A DNA stretch of 64,000 bases from Candidatus Omnitrophota bacterium (GTDB taxonomy: Bacteria; Omnitrophota; Gorgyraeia; Zapsychrales; JAKLDJ01), in assembly GCA_022703585.1 (NCBI GenBank), contig JAKLDJ010000002.1, positions 91,413 through 155,412 of the forward strand. The letters run 5' to 3'. Positions within the stretch are counted from its first letter, which is position 1, and each line of letters begins with the position of its first letter. This document shows, piece by piece, positions 62,501 through 64,000 of the stretch. A model generated the notes under the pieces. It did not search any database, was not told the origin of the DNA, and worked only from the letters and a program-made list of their open reading frames with translations. The position numbers and the translations under genes were made by a program.

Positions 62501-63482
62501 CCTGCTCTACGGTAATAGACTTCATGCACACATTATCCGAACAGCCCAAATCGTAACAGGGCTTCTGGTTACATTGAACATCGTTTTGAATAATCCGAAA
62601 ACGCCCCTTGCCCCGGGGGCCGGTTATCTCGGGGCGTGTCGGGCCGAAAAGCCCCACAACAGAAGTCCCCACGCAATTTGCCACATGCAAAGGGCCAGAG
62701 TCATTGGAAATAACCAAATTCACTTTCTCTAAAAGCGCGGCAAGCTGTTTTAAATTGGTCCGCCCGGTAAGGACCACCGGTTTATGACGCGCCATAGAAA
62801 CTATTTCTCCCGCCAACAGCACATCCTTAGGCGCCCCCGAAATAATAACTTTTGCCTTAAAATCTTCGACGAGACGGTCCGCGAGCTTGGCAAAATTTTC
62901 CTTCGGCCAGCGTTTTAAATCCCAGTTGCCGCCGGCATTAATCACAACCGCAAAGTCATTTTTTGTGACACCGTTTTCATTGAGTAGCTTTTCAACAAAA
63001 AGCCGCGCATCATCATAGACTTTGAGTTCGCAACTGCGGTCTTTGACCTGGATGCCAAACGATTCAATAACCCCAAGATAATAATCCGAACGATGCGCCG
63101 TGTCCGATAAAGGCTCTGCGCGATGAGTTAAAAGAAATCCCCTTTTTTTCGTATCATAACCGACACGTACGGGAATACCGGCTAAGAAAATCAAAAGGGC
63201 GCGGGTTAAAGAACGGTGCAGCAAAAAGGCAACATCAAATTTCTTCTTTCGAAGCTCGAGGATCAGTTTTATTTTTGCCCAGGGAGTTTGATGACGCCCT
63301 TTCTCGTCGTAAATAATAATTTCATCTAAACAAGGCGCGCTTTCTAGAATATCCCGAACCCGCGGAACAGCCAAGCAACTAATCGAGGCCGCAGGGTAAG
63401 AGCTTTTAAGCGCCTTAAAAACGGGAGTTGAAAAAATAACGTCCCCGACCCAATTGACATTAACGACGAGAATTTTCTTCAT
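62469..63482 (-). CDS. Glycosyltransferase family 9 (LPS heptosyltransferase)
   Basis: 337 aa. MKKILVVNVNWVGDVIFSTPVFKAL N-terminus. Confidence 0.8.
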   Translation of the reverse strand: MKKILVVNVNWVGDVIFSTPVFKALKSSYPAASISCLAVPRVRDILESAPCLDEIIIYDEKGRHQTPWAKIKLILELRKKKFDVAFLLHRSLTRALLIFLAGIPVRVGYDTKKRGFLLTHRAEPLSDTAHRSDYYLGVIESFGIQVKDRSCELKVYDDARLFVEKLLNENGVTKNDFAVVINAGGNWDLKRWPKENFAKLADRLVEDFKAKVIISGAPKDVLLAGEIVSMARHKPVVLTGRTNLKQLAALLEKVNLVISNDSGPLHVANCVGTSVVGLFGPTRPEITGPRGKGRFRIIQNDVQCNQKPCYDLGCSDNVCMKSITVEQVVDEIRRFKN

Positions 63483-64000
63483 ATTCTTTCAGTATGCGTT
63501 TGTAAAAATCGGCGGTTTTTACCGCCATTTCTTCAGCGGAGAAATTCCTTTCAATAAATTGCCGGGCATTACGCCCGAGCTCTTTTGCTTTTGGTAAATC
63601 CGATAACAGCCGCATGATCCCCTGCTCAAGCTCGTCAACATTTCCCGGAGAAACAAGAATGCCGGTCTTATTTTCTTCAATTAAGCTCGGGATACCGCCC
63701 ACCCGCGAGCCGACAACCGGCAGATTCATCGCCTGCGCCTCCATGACCGAGAGCCCCAGGCCTTCCTGCAATGACGGCATCACAAAGACATCCATTAAAG
63801 AGAGCATGGCAGCGGTTTTATTGACAATGGGATAAAAACGAATCTGTTCTGTAAGGCCCAGGTCATTCACTTGGCCCTTAAGGGCACCTTCCATTTTTCC
63901 TTCGCCGACAATTAAAAGCAATGCCGAAGGGATTTTTGAAATAATTTTCTTCATGGCAGAAATTAAAATGCTGTGCCCCTTGACATCCGAAAGCCTGGCA
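63460..64000 (-). CDS. Glycosyltransferase family 1 (GT4-type, retaining), C-terminal part; the N-terminus lies beyond the window end
   Basis: The EGLGLSVMEAQAMNLPVVGSRVGGIPSLI region is the E-x7-E motif of GT1/GT4. The reading frame stays open to coordinate 64000. Confidence 0.75.
   Translation of the reverse strand, partial: ARLSDVKGHSILISAMKKIISKIPSALLLIVGEGKMEGALKGQVNDLGLTEQIRFYPIVNKTAAMLSLMDVFVMPSLQEGLGLSVMEAQAMNLPVVGSRVGGIPSLIEENKTGILVSPGNVDELEQGIMRLLSDLPKAKELGRNARQFIERNFSAEEMAVKTADFYKRILKEYEENSRR

Overview
The window is a very gene-dense stretch (about 94% coding) of a bacterial chromosome, GC about 47%, standard genetic code. All of the roughly 65 protein genes lie on the minus strand. 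Every plus-strand ORF in the supplied track is antisense to a recognisable minus-strand gene and is treated as spurious. The content is mostly core housekeeping. It includes trpG-trpD-trpC-trpF, murA, prmC, prfA, rpmE, rho, coaE, glgA, polA, folD plus a cyclodeaminase-like gene, rnhB, rplS, trmD, tgt, queA, ruvB, scpA, trpS, infB, nusA, rimP, proS, rseP, dxr, cdsA, uppS, purA, serA, clpP and tig. There is also an LPS core/Kdo/heptose block: lptB, an lptA-like gene, kdsC, kdsD, kdsA, kdsB, a heptose-7-P kinase, three GT9 heptosyltransferases and a GT1. The organism is therefore a diderm bacterium, probably from an uncultivated or little-studied lineage; DUF4912, GH57, a PPIase-less trigger factor and a short RNase II-like gene support this. 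The strongest non-coding signal is a complete leader at the window start on the minus strand: a sigma70-like promoter, a core matching the c-di-GMP-I (GEMM) riboswitch (GGTAAACCCGGTGAAAGCCGGGGACGCAAAGCC), and an 11-bp long-range helix directly followed by a U-tract. It would control a gene lying beyond coordinate 1. Other items worth a second look are: a pseudo-5'-nucleotidase/Cys-rich/DsbA-like secreted fusion protein next to a CcdA-like membrane protein; a pure-GC hairpin between trpG and trpD; a perfect 36-bp palindrome between rpmE and prfA; an FAD-oxidoreductase-like protein with degenerate dinucleotide motifs paired with a TPR protein; an orphan CpaF-like secretion ATPase; an unlisted HicB/UPF0150-like small ORF; and a small-protein/RNase II insertion inside the LPS glycosyltransferase cluster. 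No CRISPR array, rRNA, tRNA or recognisable mobile element was seen.
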